Shown in pieces: positions 21,917 through 31,684 of a stretch of DNA of 64,000 bases; position 1 is the stretch's first letter; each line of letters starts with the position of its first letter. A program made the position numbers and the translations under genes. The notes beneath the pieces were generated by a model. That model saw only the letters and a program-made list of their open reading frames with translations, did no database searches and was not told the origin of the DNA. The DNA is from an uncultured Alphaproteobacteria bacterium (GTDB lineage Bacteria; Pseudomonadota; Alphaproteobacteria; HIMB59), in NCBI GenBank assembly GCA_902523865.1, contig CABZBG010000004.1, positions 11,979-75,978 of the forward strand, read 5' to 3'.

Positions 21917-21946
21917 AAACTAATCAGTTCCAAAATTTGATGTCAA
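21917..21946 (-). promoter_or_regulatory. Sigma70-type promoter for the dimethylglycine oxidase gene
   Basis: Minus strand TTGACA (21946-21941), 18-nt spacer, TAGTTT; SD AAGGA at 21905-21901. Confidence 0.5.
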
Positions 21947-21958
21947 TATGAAAAAAAG

Positions 21959-22480
21959 TTACAGATTAACTGCGTCAATTAGACGATCTTCTAGGTAATC
22001 ACTAAATGATCGACCGCAGCTTAAAAGTATTATGTTATCTAAATTAAAAATGGAACAATCAATTCTAGCCAATAAAGTTTGAGCTGCAGTAAGAGGTTTA
22101 AAGGATTTTTCACGAAAATCAAAATGTGTGAGTTTATTTAATATCATGGTAGCATTCTCTCCACCAAGTTGAAAAAATATTTGTGAGTCTGTCATGTCAG
22201 TTGCCAAAATTGAACTAGATTTATTAAAAGTATCACAGAGTTTGTGAAATTTTTTTTGTTCAATATCTTTCTTAAAAACTAAATTCCATTGATCAAAAGA
22301 CATTTTAGCTAAAATGAAATTATCATTGGTAACTATTCTCAAATTATCAGAAGGGGGAAGGAGCTTTAATGCCTTGTTCACAACACCGTTGAACTCTGAG
22401 TTACCAGAACTTCTTAAAACAATTTGTTGTGAGATAATTTTTTTAATTTCAATACCATTTGATCGAATTACATCCTTCAT
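21959..22480 (-). CDS. soxG: Sarcosine oxidase gamma subunit
   Basis: Follows soxA with an ATGA overlap; AQTLLARID, RSFSDYL. Confidence 0.82.
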   Translation of the reverse strand: MKDVIRSNGIEIKKIISQQIVLRSSGNSEFNGVVNKALKLLPPSDNLRIVTNDNFILAKMSFDQWNLVFKKDIEQKKFHKLCDTFNKSSSILATDMTDSQIFFQLGGENATMILNKLTHFDFREKSFKPLTAAQTLLARIDCSIFNLDNIILLSCGRSFSDYLEDRLIDAVNL

Positions 22481-25455
22481 GAAGCTAGCTTTGTATTTTC
22501 TTTATCATAAAAAATCGGTTCAACTATCTCAACTTCTATTGTTTTCAATTCAGGAGTTGATGCAAATGCTTTAGTTCCAATAAGTGACTGACCATTTTTG
22601 ATAACAGCTAGCGCAAAGTTATGTCCTAAAGTAGGGCTTTGATAACAAGATGTTATATGTCCTAGCATTGGAGTTGGAGTTTTTATTTCTTTATCTAAAA
22701 TGATGTGTTGACCTTCCTCTAACTTCTCACTCTTGTTAGTTGGTAAAATTCCTACGAGCTGCTTTCTGTCTTTTCTAACTGTATCAGAACGGATTAAAGA
22801 TCGTTTTCCTAAAAAATCTTTTTTTGATTTTCCAATCATCCAATCTAAACCTAAATCAAGAGGTGTAATTGATCCGTCCGTATCTTGACCAACTATGATG
22901 TATCCTTTTTCAGCTCTTAAAAGGTGCATGGTTTCAGTACCATAAGGCTTCAAACCAAACTCCTTTCCAAAATCTATTATTTTTTTCCATATTTTTAGAG
23001 CTTGATTTGAAGGTACATATATCTCATAACCCATTTCTCCAGTAAAACTAGCTCTTAGTATTCTTATGGGAGTGTCTTCATACTCATGAAATTGAAATGT
23101 CATGAATGGGAAAGCTTCATTACTAAAATTTACCTCTGGGAAAACTTTCTCGATAATATTTCTTGTTTTTGGACCACTTATATTAAATGTAGCATACTGC
23201 TCAGTTATAGAATTCATATAGACATTTAAGTTGGGCCATTCAGTTTGAGCATATTCTTCCATACATCCTAAAACAGTTGCTGCGCCTCCAGTAGTAGTAG
23301 TTGCTATAAAATGCTCATCTGAGATTTTACAAATAATACCATCATCTTTTACCATACCATCCTCTCCTAACATAAGGGCATATCTTGAGGTGCCAGGTTT
23401 CATTTTGGAGAAACTATTTGTATATATTAAATTCATGAAAGCTAATGCATCCTTACCTTTAATCTCAATTTTTCCAAGAGTGCTACCATCCAAGACCCCA
23501 GCATTTTCTCTTACATTTTTACTTTCTCGTTGAACGGCTTCGTCCATAGTTTCATCTTTATTTATTGGAAAATACCAAGGTCTTTTCCATTGACCAACAT
23601 CCTCAAAAACAGCACCATTAGTTATATGCCAATTATGAAGTGGTGATTTTCTCTCTGGGTCGTAATATTCATATGAATTTCTTCCTGCTATTGCAGCAAA
23701 ACTCAAAGGAGCATAGGGAGGTCTGTAAATTGTTGTTCCTACTTCATTAACTTTCTTATCGAGTAAATCAGAAACTATACCCAAAGCATTTATACTACTT
23801 ATTTTACCTTGGTCCGTTCCCATGCTGTTAGTGGTGTATCTTTTGAGATGTTCAATTCGATCAAAACCCTCTGAGATAGCTTGTCTTATATCTTTTGTAG
23901 TGACATCATTTTGTAAATCTATAAATGATTTTGACCAAATAGTTTGTTTTTGTGGTAAAACTTCCCACAATTTTTCAATTTTAAATTTGTGACTTGTATT
24001 TAGATCTAGTTTAATTTGGACAGGTTTAATTCCAAATATATCTAATTTTTCATTAATTTCTTTATTAATGGAGTTAAAGTCAAACTGCCCAGAAGCTGAG
24101 CCAAGAGTTATTGTGGGTTGAAAAGCTTGAGCGGGCTTATAGGTTAAATTTTTTTCATCCCAATCTAATAAGCCTTTGGACTGAGTAAACAAGTGAACAT
24201 CTGGATTGATACCACCAGACAAACATAAAAAATCTGTTTTAATTTCATTAACTCCCCCTGAACTATCTTCAACTAATATTTTTTGTAATTTTTTATTTCC
24301 GTATGCTCCTTTGATTTGAGAATTAGTATATAAAGGAATGTCATTTTTTCTTATTAAATCAAACAAGTCTGGTTCGATATTTTCACCTGAGCGTGAGTCG
24401 ATGTAAGCTTTTGGTTTAAAGCCCTTTTTGATAAGGCTAAATACTAGACTTTCGGAATTAGAGTTATTGCTAAAAACAACAGTTTCTTTTGAGGGTATCA
24501 CCCCATATCTACACATATATTTTTCAAATGATGAGCATAACATAATGCCTGGTAGGTCATTATTTTGAAAAGATAAAAATCTTTCTATATGACCGTTGCA
24601 TAAAATAACTTGGTCAGTTCTAATTTTATGAAGAGTGCTATTAACTTTATCTTTCAAAGGTCGAGATCCAACAAATTTATCTTCAAAAGCAATTAGATGA
24701 TTAATATAATTGTACGTTGTCACTAATGTATTTTTTAATATTTTTATATTTTTAGAGTTTTCGATTTCTTTAACTGTCTCACTTATCCAGTCCATTGGTG
24801 TTTGATTATTAACACTTTGAACTTTATTAGAGTTATTCAAAATACCACCCAGTTGATCGTCAAAATCAATAAGAAGAACACTATATTTTGTATCGATTAA
24901 ACTCTTTGCAGCAATAAGCCCATTCAAACCTCCACCAACAATAGTTATGTCAACATTATGATAGAGATGAGTACTAACAGCTTTAAATTCTTTTGGAGGC
25001 TTGCCAAGACCCGCAGCTTTTCTAATGATAGGCTCATAAATTTTTTTCCAAAAATTTTTATGAGGACCCATAAACGTCTTGTAATAAAAACCTGCTGGAA
25101 AAACTGGTGAAAATATATTGTTTATACTTCCAATATCTGTATCTAATGAAGGCCATCTATTTTGACTTTCGATTTCCATGCCCTCATAAATCTTTTTTAT
25201 GGTAGCTCTTGTATTTGGCTCCGAATATTCACTAATTATTTGTACTAAAGCATTCGGCTCTTCTATACCGCATGTATAAAAACCACGAGGTCTATGATAT
25301 TTAAAACTTCTTCCGATTAACTTTATGTTATTTCTAAGTAACGCTGAAGCTATAGTATCACCTTTGTAACCGTAATATTTAACACCATCAAATTTAAATC
25401 CTATTTTTTGATGAAATTGGATAAACTTATTATCTGTTAAATTCAACTCACTCAT
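22477..25455 (-). CDS. soxA: Sarcosine oxidase alpha subunit
   Basis: GDTIASAL, RSFKYHRPRG, EEPNA, EHLKRYTT..MGTDQGK, GQWKRP, HLLRAEKG. Confidence 0.95.
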   Translation of the reverse strand: MSELNLTDNKFIQFHQKIGFKFDGVKYYGYKGDTIASALLRNNIKLIGRSFKYHRPRGFYTCGIEEPNALVQIISEYSEPNTRATIKKIYEGMEIESQNRWPSLDTDIGSINNIFSPVFPAGFYYKTFMGPHKNFWKKIYEPIIRKAAGLGKPPKEFKAVSTHLYHNVDITIVGGGLNGLIAAKSLIDTKYSVLLIDFDDQLGGILNNSNKVQSVNNQTPMDWISETVKEIENSKNIKILKNTLVTTYNYINHLIAFEDKFVGSRPLKDKVNSTLHKIRTDQVILCNGHIERFLSFQNNDLPGIMLCSSFEKYMCRYGVIPSKETVVFSNNSNSESLVFSLIKKGFKPKAYIDSRSGENIEPDLFDLIRKNDIPLYTNSQIKGAYGNKKLQKILVEDSSGGVNEIKTDFLCLSGGINPDVHLFTQSKGLLDWDEKNLTYKPAQAFQPTITLGSASGQFDFNSINKEINEKLDIFGIKPVQIKLDLNTSHKFKIEKLWEVLPQKQTIWSKSFIDLQNDVTTKDIRQAISEGFDRIEHLKRYTTNSMGTDQGKISSINALGIVSDLLDKKVNEVGTTIYRPPYAPLSFAAIAGRNSYEYYDPERKSPLHNWHITNGAVFEDVGQWKRPWYFPINKDETMDEAVQRESKNVRENAGVLDGSTLGKIEIKGKDALAFMNLIYTNSFSKMKPGTSRYALMLGEDGMVKDDGIICKISDEHFIATTTTGGAATVLGCMEEYAQTEWPNLNVYMNSITEQYATFNISGPKTRNIIEKVFPEVNFSNEAFPFMTFQFHEYEDTPIRILRASFTGEMGYEIYVPSNQALKIWKKIIDFGKEFGLKPYGTETMHLLRAEKGYIIVGQDTDGSITPLDLGLDWMIGKSKKDFLGKRSLIRSDTVRKDRKQLVGILPTNKSEKLEEGQHIILDKEIKTPTPMLGHITSCYQSPTLGHNFALAVIKNGQSLIGTKAFASTPELKTIEVEIVEPIFYDKENTKLAS

Positions 25456-25802
25456 TTTTTAACTGTAAAATTACCTGATCCTAAGTTTGGTTCTCCTGAT
25501 GGGGTTTTTACATTATTTTTAAAACTATCTAGCTTTGGTCTTTCTTCATCAATTTTATATATTTTTAAAATTTCATCGGTAGATGTATCTCTTACACAAT
25601 TAAACCATTTTCGGCATCCATGAGAATGAACCCATCTTTCATAAAAAATTCCTTTTGGATTTGCTCTGATAAAAACATATTCACCCCATTCTCGATCTCC
25701 AATTTCAGCAGATCCATCGGGCCGCTTAACATGAGCTTCCCCACCGTTAGAAAATTCGGATTGGTCTCTTGGACCGCAGTACGGACAGTCGATAATAAGC
25801 AT
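25452..25802 (-). CDS. soxD: Sarcosine oxidase delta subunit
   Basis: MLIIDCPYCGPR, ERWVHSHGCRKWFN zinc ligands. Confidence 0.95.
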   Translation of the reverse strand: MLIIDCPYCGPRDQSEFSNGGEAHVKRPDGSAEIGDREWGEYVFIRANPKGIFYERWVHSHGCRKWFNCVRDTSTDEILKIYKIDEERPKLDSFKNNVKTPSGEPNLGSGNFTVKK

Positions 25803-25808
25803 GTTGAA

Positions 25809-27059
25809 TTAATGGGCTACTGCTGCAGCCCCATGTTCATCAACTAGTTTTCCGCTTGCAAATCTATCTAAATTAAAAGCACTATTTATTTGATGGGCCT
25901 CATTTTTAGCAATTGTATGGGCAAATACATTAGCACTTCCAGGTGTCGCTTTAAAACCACCTGTGCCCCAACCACAATTAAAAAATAATCCCTCAACATC
26001 ACATTTACTTATTATAGGACTTGCATCAGGACAAATATCGACAATTCCTCCCCATTGACGAAGCATTTTCATTTTTCCAAACACAGGGTAAAGCTCGACC
26101 ATAGCTCTCACAGTCTCCTCTATGATATTAAAACCACCACGCTGTGTGAAGGAATTATAGCTATCTGTTCCTGCGCCTATTACAAGTTCACCCTTATCAG
26201 ACTGGCTTACATAAGCATGAACAGCAGATGACATTACAACAGTATCAATAATTGGTTTTATTGGCTCAGAAACTAAAGCTTGTAGAGGTTTGCTTTGTAG
26301 TGGAAGTCTGATACCAGCAGTCTCAGCTAGAACACCAGTGTGTCCTGATGCAACTACACCAACTTTATTGGCTCGAATAAAACCTTTAGATGTTTCTACA
26401 CCCTCTATTTTTCCGTTTTTAGTTTTAATTTGATGCGCCTCACAGTTTTGAATTATATCTACTCCCATTTCATCTGCACGCATAGCAAATCCCCAAGCAA
26501 CAGCATCATGTCGAGCAGTCCCACCTCTTGGTTGGTAAGATGCACCAAGAACAGGATAGCGAAGATTGTCGGTATTCATGATAGGAACCTTTTTTTGAAT
26601 TTCCTCTTTAGAGAGCCAAAGCGAGTCTATGCCATTTAAATTATTTGCACTTACTCTTCTTTTAATTTCTTTTATATCATGTTCATTGTGAGCAAGGTTC
26701 ATAACACCTCGTTGACTAAACATAACATTATAATTTAATTCAGTTGATAAATTTTCCCAAAGTTTAAGAGAATGCTCATACAAATGAGCGCTGTCATCCC
26801 ACAAATAATTTGATCTTATGATAGTAGTATTTCTTCCAGTATTACCTCCACCAAGCCAACCTTTTTCAATTACAGCAATATTTTTTAAACCATGTTCTTT
26901 AGCTAAATAGTAGGCAGTACCAAGACCGTGACCACCGCCACCAATTATTATAACATCATAAAACTCTCTTGGTTCTGGACTTCGCCACATTTTCGGCCAA
27001 TCTTTATGACCCTTAAAAGCATTTTTGGCGATACTAAATATTGAATATTTTTTTTTCAC
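25809..27059 (-). CDS. soxB: Sarcosine oxidase beta subunit
   Basis: [53 protein letters not shown]-terminal AAAVAH. GTG start. Confidence 0.97.
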   Translation of the reverse strand: MKKKYSIFSIAKNAFKGHKDWPKMWRSPEPREFYDVIIIGGGGHGLGTAYYLAKEHGLKNIAVIEKGWLGGGNTGRNTTIIRSNYLWDDSAHLYEHSLKLWENLSTELNYNVMFSQRGVMNLAHNEHDIKEIKRRVSANNLNGIDSLWLSKEEIQKKVPIMNTDNLRYPVLGASYQPRGGTARHDAVAWGFAMRADEMGVDIIQNCEAHQIKTKNGKIEGVETSKGFIRANKVGVVASGHTGVLAETAGIRLPLQSKPLQALVSEPIKPIIDTVVMSSAVHAYVSQSDKGELVIGAGTDSYNSFTQRGGFNIIEETVRAMVELYPVFGKMKMLRQWGGIVDICPDASPIISKCDVEGLFFNCGWGTGGFKATPGSANVFAHTIAKNEAHQINSAFNLDRFASGKLVDEHGAAAVAH

Positions 27060-27087
27060 GTATGCAAATTAGCAAAAAAATTTTTAC

Positions 27088-27918
27088 TCATCTAGTAAAT
27101 TTCAAAGGCGAATTGTCATTGATATTCCTAAAAATTTTAGGAAATTGCCATTTTAGCTCACAATCAGTATTTATAGCTTGTGATTTATCATCCAAATCTT
27201 GTTGACAAACAGTGCGAATTTCAAAACTAAACCTTGTTTTTTCTGATTTTTGTTTAGATGAACTATGAAGATGACATCCAGAAAAACAAAGTATTTCTCC
27301 TGGCTGGATAGTTACTGGAAGAATTTTAACTTGTTCAGGTAATTCCTCTAACATTTGAGGGGCAGAAGGATACGAAAAATCATTTCTTTTTCTATGGTCT
27401 AAGTAGGTATTGAGGTCCCAAGTAGATGTAGAATTTTTTACAGGTTTAGAAAAGAATTCAGGATAAAAAATCATTGTATTTGTTTCGTCAACAGAACTAA
27501 TAGGTCCCCACCAATTAATTTGTTGATGAATATTTGTTCCCCATGTATCTCGATGTGAGCTAATTCTTGAAGCCTCACGGTAATTAAATTTATTTTCTGC
27601 AGGAGCAATTCTAATTCTAAACTGATCCCAATAAGAATCGCTTTTATAAAAACTTCTTTCTATTAAAAAATTCTTAAATATTTCTTTAAAAATTTTTGAA
27701 TTTTTAAGATTTGATACGAGGTTAGTACTAATTGTTTCACATTCATCTAAGTAATGTATCTTTTCAAGCTCCCCATCATACTCACTCTTAATCTCAGTCT
27801 TAATTTCTTGAATTAAATCGAGAGTGAGTTGTGATTTTTGAAAAACAAAAATTTTTCCTTTAAATATTTCTTCTTTAAATTTTTTTAAGTCTAAGATCTT
27901 TTCTATTGCCTCAAACAT
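27088..27918 (-). CDS. Hypothetical protein, probable Fe(II)/2-oxoglutarate dioxygenase-like fold
   Basis: HRDTW (HxD), INWWGPI, distal HLHSS and RFSFEIR fit a facial triad plus a 2OG-binding Arg. Confidence 0.6.
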   Translation of the reverse strand: MFEAIEKILDLKKFKEEIFKGKIFVFQKSQLTLDLIQEIKTEIKSEYDGELEKIHYLDECETISTNLVSNLKNSKIFKEIFKNFLIERSFYKSDSYWDQFRIRIAPAENKFNYREASRISSHRDTWGTNIHQQINWWGPISSVDETNTMIFYPEFFSKPVKNSTSTWDLNTYLDHRKRNDFSYPSAPQMLEELPEQVKILPVTIQPGEILCFSGCHLHSSSKQKSEKTRFSFEIRTVCQQDLDDKSQAINTDCELKWQFPKIFRNINDNSPLKFTR

Positions 27919-29001
27919 TTAGTCTATATCGCCGACATAAACTCCTAAAGCAAGTGCAGTTTCAATAAGTGGGTCTGATCTATCAACTACTTTATAAGTT
28001 GATATACCCTCACTAATCGGAACATCAACAACCTTCCTATCTCTCCAAGCAACCATTCTCCCCATTTTACCTTGTGCTATCAAATCAACTGCATACACAC
28101 CAAAAGCACTAGCAAGAATTCTATCTCTTGGAGTAGGAGGAGCACCCCTTTGTACATGACCAAGAGATGTTACTCTGCACTCTATATCTGTCATTTTCAT
28201 AATCTCTTCAGATAAGTAATTTCCTATACCGCCAAGTCTTTTTTGTCCATCTGCAAATTCCACAGTATAGCTTCTACCCTCTTCCGTTTTAACTGCTTCA
28301 GCAACAACAATTAAAGAGTGAACAATTCCTCTATTTTTCATTTCAGTAAGTTTATTAACGATACCCTTGATAGAATATTTAATTTCTGGAATTAAAATAG
28401 CATCAGCACCACCAGCAATACCCGCATTAATTGCAATGTGCCCTGCATCTCTTCCCATAACCTCTAAAATCATCGTTCGTTGATGACTGGCAGCAGTCGT
28501 TTGAAGGTTATCAAGTGCCTGAGTAGCAACATTTACAGCTGTGTTAAATCCAATTGAACTTTCTGTTGCACCAACATCATTGTCGATTGTTTTTGGTATT
28601 GCAACAATATTTAAATTCCCACGTTTTGCTATTTCAGTAAGAATTGACATACTTCCATCACCGCCGATTACAATTAAGCCCTCTAGGCTCAATTCATGAT
28701 AACCGTCAATTATTTCTTGTGAGCGGTCTTTGAATTTTCCATCTGGCATTGGAAACTTAAAGGGGTTACCTTTGCTTGTTGTACCTAAAAAAGTACCACC
28801 TTGTCTTAGTAGAGATCCACTAAAAGTTTGATAATCAAGTGGTAAGTAAGCCACAGGTCTTTGCATTAAACCAACAGTACCGTCTCGAATTCCAAGCACT
28901 TCCATGTTATAGGTATTTTTTGCTCGAAAAAAAATAGATCGAACAGCAGCGTTTAACCCTCCACAATCTCCTCCACTTGTAAGTATTCCAATTTTTTTCA
29001 T
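27919..29001 (-). CDS. pfkA: 6-phosphofructokinase (group III type, probably ATP-dependent)
   Basis: LTSGGDCGGLN, GGTFLGT, GGDGS, PKTIDND, EVMGRDAG, LGHVQRG. Confidence 0.93.
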   Translation of the reverse strand: MKKIGILTSGGDCGGLNAAVRSIFFRAKNTYNMEVLGIRDGTVGLMQRPVAYLPLDYQTFSGSLLRQGGTFLGTTSKGNPFKFPMPDGKFKDRSQEIIDGYHELSLEGLIVIGGDGSMSILTEIAKRGNLNIVAIPKTIDNDVGATESSIGFNTAVNVATQALDNLQTTAASHQRTMILEVMGRDAGHIAINAGIAGGADAILIPEIKYSIKGIVNKLTEMKNRGIVHSLIVVAEAVKTEEGRSYTVEFADGQKRLGGIGNYLSEEIMKMTDIECRVTSLGHVQRGAPPTPRDRILASAFGVYAVDLIAQGKMGRMVAWRDRKVVDVPISEGISTYKVVDRSDPLIETALALGVYVGDID

Positions 29002-29928
29002 TTAGAATTTATCTGAGTCCCACAACCATGCTGCACCTCGCACACCACTTGAATCACCATGTGTGTTTCTTAAGATCTTATTCCTTACCTTATCACTAAA
29101 AGTGTATTTAGGAAGAATTTTTGGAATATTTTTATATAGTCTTCCAATATTTGACATACCTCCTCCCAAGATAATTACATCAGGGTCGACTATGCCAATC
29201 ATAATGGCAATTAACCGAGCAAAGCGATCTTCATAAAGATCAAATTCTTTTTTTGCTCTCTCATCCCCATTTGCCTCTAGAGCAACTATTTCTCTAGTTC
29301 TAAAATTAGTCCCATACTTTAAATTAAACAATTTGGTAAAACCTACCCCTGATATAAATTGCTCAGCACATAGAGGTCTATGGCAATTTCCAACCTCACA
29401 TTCTAATCCCAAGTCTTGTTCTTCTTCGCTAGGGTATGGGAGGGGTTGGTGCCCCCAATCACCAGCAACTTGATTAACACCTTCAATTACTTGATTTTTA
29501 TAAACAAAAGATCCTCCAAAGCCAGAACCTATAATAACTCCCCATACGCTATCATATCCTCGGCCAGATCCATCTATAGACTCTGATAAAGCAAAACAAT
29601 TAGCATCATTCATTAATCTAATATCCCTTCCTAAGGAGTTTTCTAAGTCCTGTTTAAAGGGTTTGCCATTTAACCAAATAGAGTTGGCATTTTTTATCAA
29701 ACCAGTTTCCTTAGATGAAGAGCCTGGAATGCCTACCCCAACAGTATTAATAGTTCCGGTGTGTTTATCAAATTCTTTAACAAGAGAACTTACAGTTTGA
29801 ATACCACTTTTATAATTTTTTTCATAAGTTGACCTTTTTCTTAGAATCTCATTACCCTCATTATCCATGAGAATGCCCTCAATTTTAGTACCACCATAAT
29901 CAATACCAACTTTTAAATTTTTTGACAT
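29002..29928 (-). CDS. mak: ROK-family manno(fructo)kinase
   Basis: GIDYGGTKIE, NDANCFALSE, GDWGH...C..G.C zinc site, LGGGMSN, HGDSSGVRGAAWLW. Confidence 0.85.
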   Translation of the reverse strand: MSKNLKVGIDYGGTKIEGILMDNEGNEILRKRSTYEKNYKSGIQTVSSLVKEFDKHTGTINTVGVGIPGSSSKETGLIKNANSIWLNGKPFKQDLENSLGRDIRLMNDANCFALSESIDGSGRGYDSVWGVIIGSGFGGSFVYKNQVIEGVNQVAGDWGHQPLPYPSEEEQDLGLECEVGNCHRPLCAEQFISGVGFTKLFNLKYGTNFRTREIVALEANGDERAKKEFDLYEDRFARLIAIMIGIVDPDVIILGGGMSNIGRLYKNIPKILPKYTFSDKVRNKILRNTHGDSSGVRGAAWLWDSDKF

Positions 29929-30021
29929 TACTTTTGCAAACTATTATATGAATATAAAAACATAATACACATATATATATTAATTCAATGATATAACATA
30001 ACTACTTAGAGAAAGTCTTAT

Positions 30022-31029
30022 ATGAAAAAAAAAGTTATTAATTGGGGTATTATTAGTTCAGCAAAAATCGGATGGGAGCATGTTATCCCAGCAATTATAA
30101 AATCTAAAAATAGTAATTTATTAGCTATTGCCAGTAGAAGTAAAAGCAAAGCAACACAACTTCAAAAAAAATTTAATATCACTAAAAGTTATGGTTCATA
30201 TGATGAGCTTTATCTGGATCACGATATTGATATTGTCTATAATCCTCTGCCAAATCATTTACATATCAAAACAAGTTTAAAAGCATGTGCTCATGGCAAA
30301 CACATTCTTTTAGAAAAACCACTATCATTAAAAGCAAAGGACATTAATCCATTAATTAAAAAAGCAGCAAAACATAAAATTATAATCAAAGAAGCTTTTA
30401 TGGTGAGACATCACCCTCAATGGCAATGGATAAAAAAATATATCAAATCTGGAAGTATCGGAAAAATATCAAACATATCCTCAGTCTTTTCATATTTTAA
30501 TAAAGACCCAAATAATATTAGAAACATTCAAAAATATGGCGGTGGTGCAGTTTATGATATTGGTTGTTACCCCACTGTAATTTCAAGGTTCTTACTGGAC
30601 AAAGAACCAAAAAGAGTTGTTGCTACTGCAATTAAAGATAAAAATTTTAAGACAGATATTTTATCAACTACTCTATTAGATTTTGACGGTGTATTTTCAT
30701 CTTATACTGTTGCTACCCAAAGTACTAATTCTCAAAAGGTCATTATTTTAGGAACAAAAAGAACGATAGTAGTTGAAAATCCTTTCAATGCATTAAAGAG
30801 CAAACCTACAACAGTTGTCATTTATAATGGCCGGTCGATTTACAGAAAAGATAATACAATAAAAGTATTTAAGCCATCTGATCAATATGAGCACCAAGTT
30901 ACCGCTTTTTCTGATCATCTTTTAAGAAAAACAAAAGTTGATTATGATTTAAAAGACGCAAAAAAAAATATGAAAGTGTTAGATGCTACTTTTAAATCGA
31001 TAAAAAGAGGTAAGTGGATTAAAGTTTAA
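30022..31029 (+). CDS. Gfo/Idh/MocA-family sugar oxidoreductase
   Basis: WGIISSAKIG, YNPLPNHLH, LEKP, GGGAVYDIGCY. Confidence 0.9.
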   Translation: MKKKVINWGIISSAKIGWEHVIPAIIKSKNSNLLAIASRSKSKATQLQKKFNITKSYGSYDELYLDHDIDIVYNPLPNHLHIKTSLKACAHGKHILLEKPLSLKAKDINPLIKKAAKHKIIIKEAFMVRHHPQWQWIKKYIKSGSIGKISNISSVFSYFNKDPNNIRNIQKYGGGAVYDIGCYPTVISRFLLDKEPKRVVATAIKDKNFKTDILSTTLLDFDGVFSSYTVATQSTNSQKVIILGTKRTIVVENPFNALKSKPTTVVIYNGRSIYRKDNTIKVFKPSDQYEHQVTAFSDHLLRKTKVDYDLKDAKKNMKVLDATFKSIKRGKWIKV

Positions 31030-31684
31030 TTCTATTTACTATTAAATCAGCTACTTTTTTTCCAAAAGTTTCATGAGTTTTTTTAGACCAGTGTATCGGA
31101 TCTAAGTTTGAAGATTTAATATATTGATTACTATCAATTAAATAAATTTTTTCTTCATCAGTAACATGTTTTATGGAGTTAAATAATTTTTTAGACTTAT
31201 CAAAAGCTCCCTCCCATTCAATATAGTTTGACCATTGTAAATCATTAGATAGTTTTCCAAGAACTGGAGGACAAATTACTACTATTTCTGATAAATTTTG
31301 ATCATGCCAAGTTCCTTTTCCCGAAAATGTATGTTTAGCAATATTAATAAGTTCTTTGATTCCTCTAGCTACTTCATCAGAGGACCTGTTAAATCTTTTT
31401 TTTAAATCGTTAGTTCCAAGCATAATTATTATTAAATTAAGAGGTGAGTGAGATAATAAACAAGATTTAAAAATAGAAGCTCCATTTAAATGTGATCCAT
31501 CTTGCATGTCGTTAACATTAGTCGTTCTACCGGGCAGGGAGTCTTCTTTTACAGAACAATTTAAACGAGCATTTGCTAAATGGTTAGATAATTCAACAGG
31601 CCATCTTTTATCATATCTTTTACCCTCATCTTCATCTGTATATCCCCAACTATTGGAGTCACCAAAAACTAAAATATTAATCAA
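31019..31684 (-). CDS. SGNH/GDSL hydrolase (esterase)
   Basis: FGDSNSWG, GRTT, MLGTND, DPIH (blocks I, II, III, V). Confidence 0.9.
   Translation of the reverse strand: MINILVFGDSNSWGYTDEDEGKRYDKRWPVELSNHLANARLNCSVKEDSLPGRTTNVNDMQDGSHLNGASIFKSCLLSHSPLNLIIIMLGTNDLKKRFNRSSDEVARGIKELINIAKHTFSGKGTWHDQNLSEIVVICPPVLGKLSNDLQWSNYIEWEGAFDKSKKLFNSIKHVTDEEKIYLIDSNQYIKSSNLDPIHWSKKTHETFGKKVADLIVNRIKL

Noticed and set aside
29966-29982. Short (AT)n run in the mak / Gfo-Idh-MocA divergent spacer
   Set aside because: Only about five units in a very AT-rich spacer; expected by chance.
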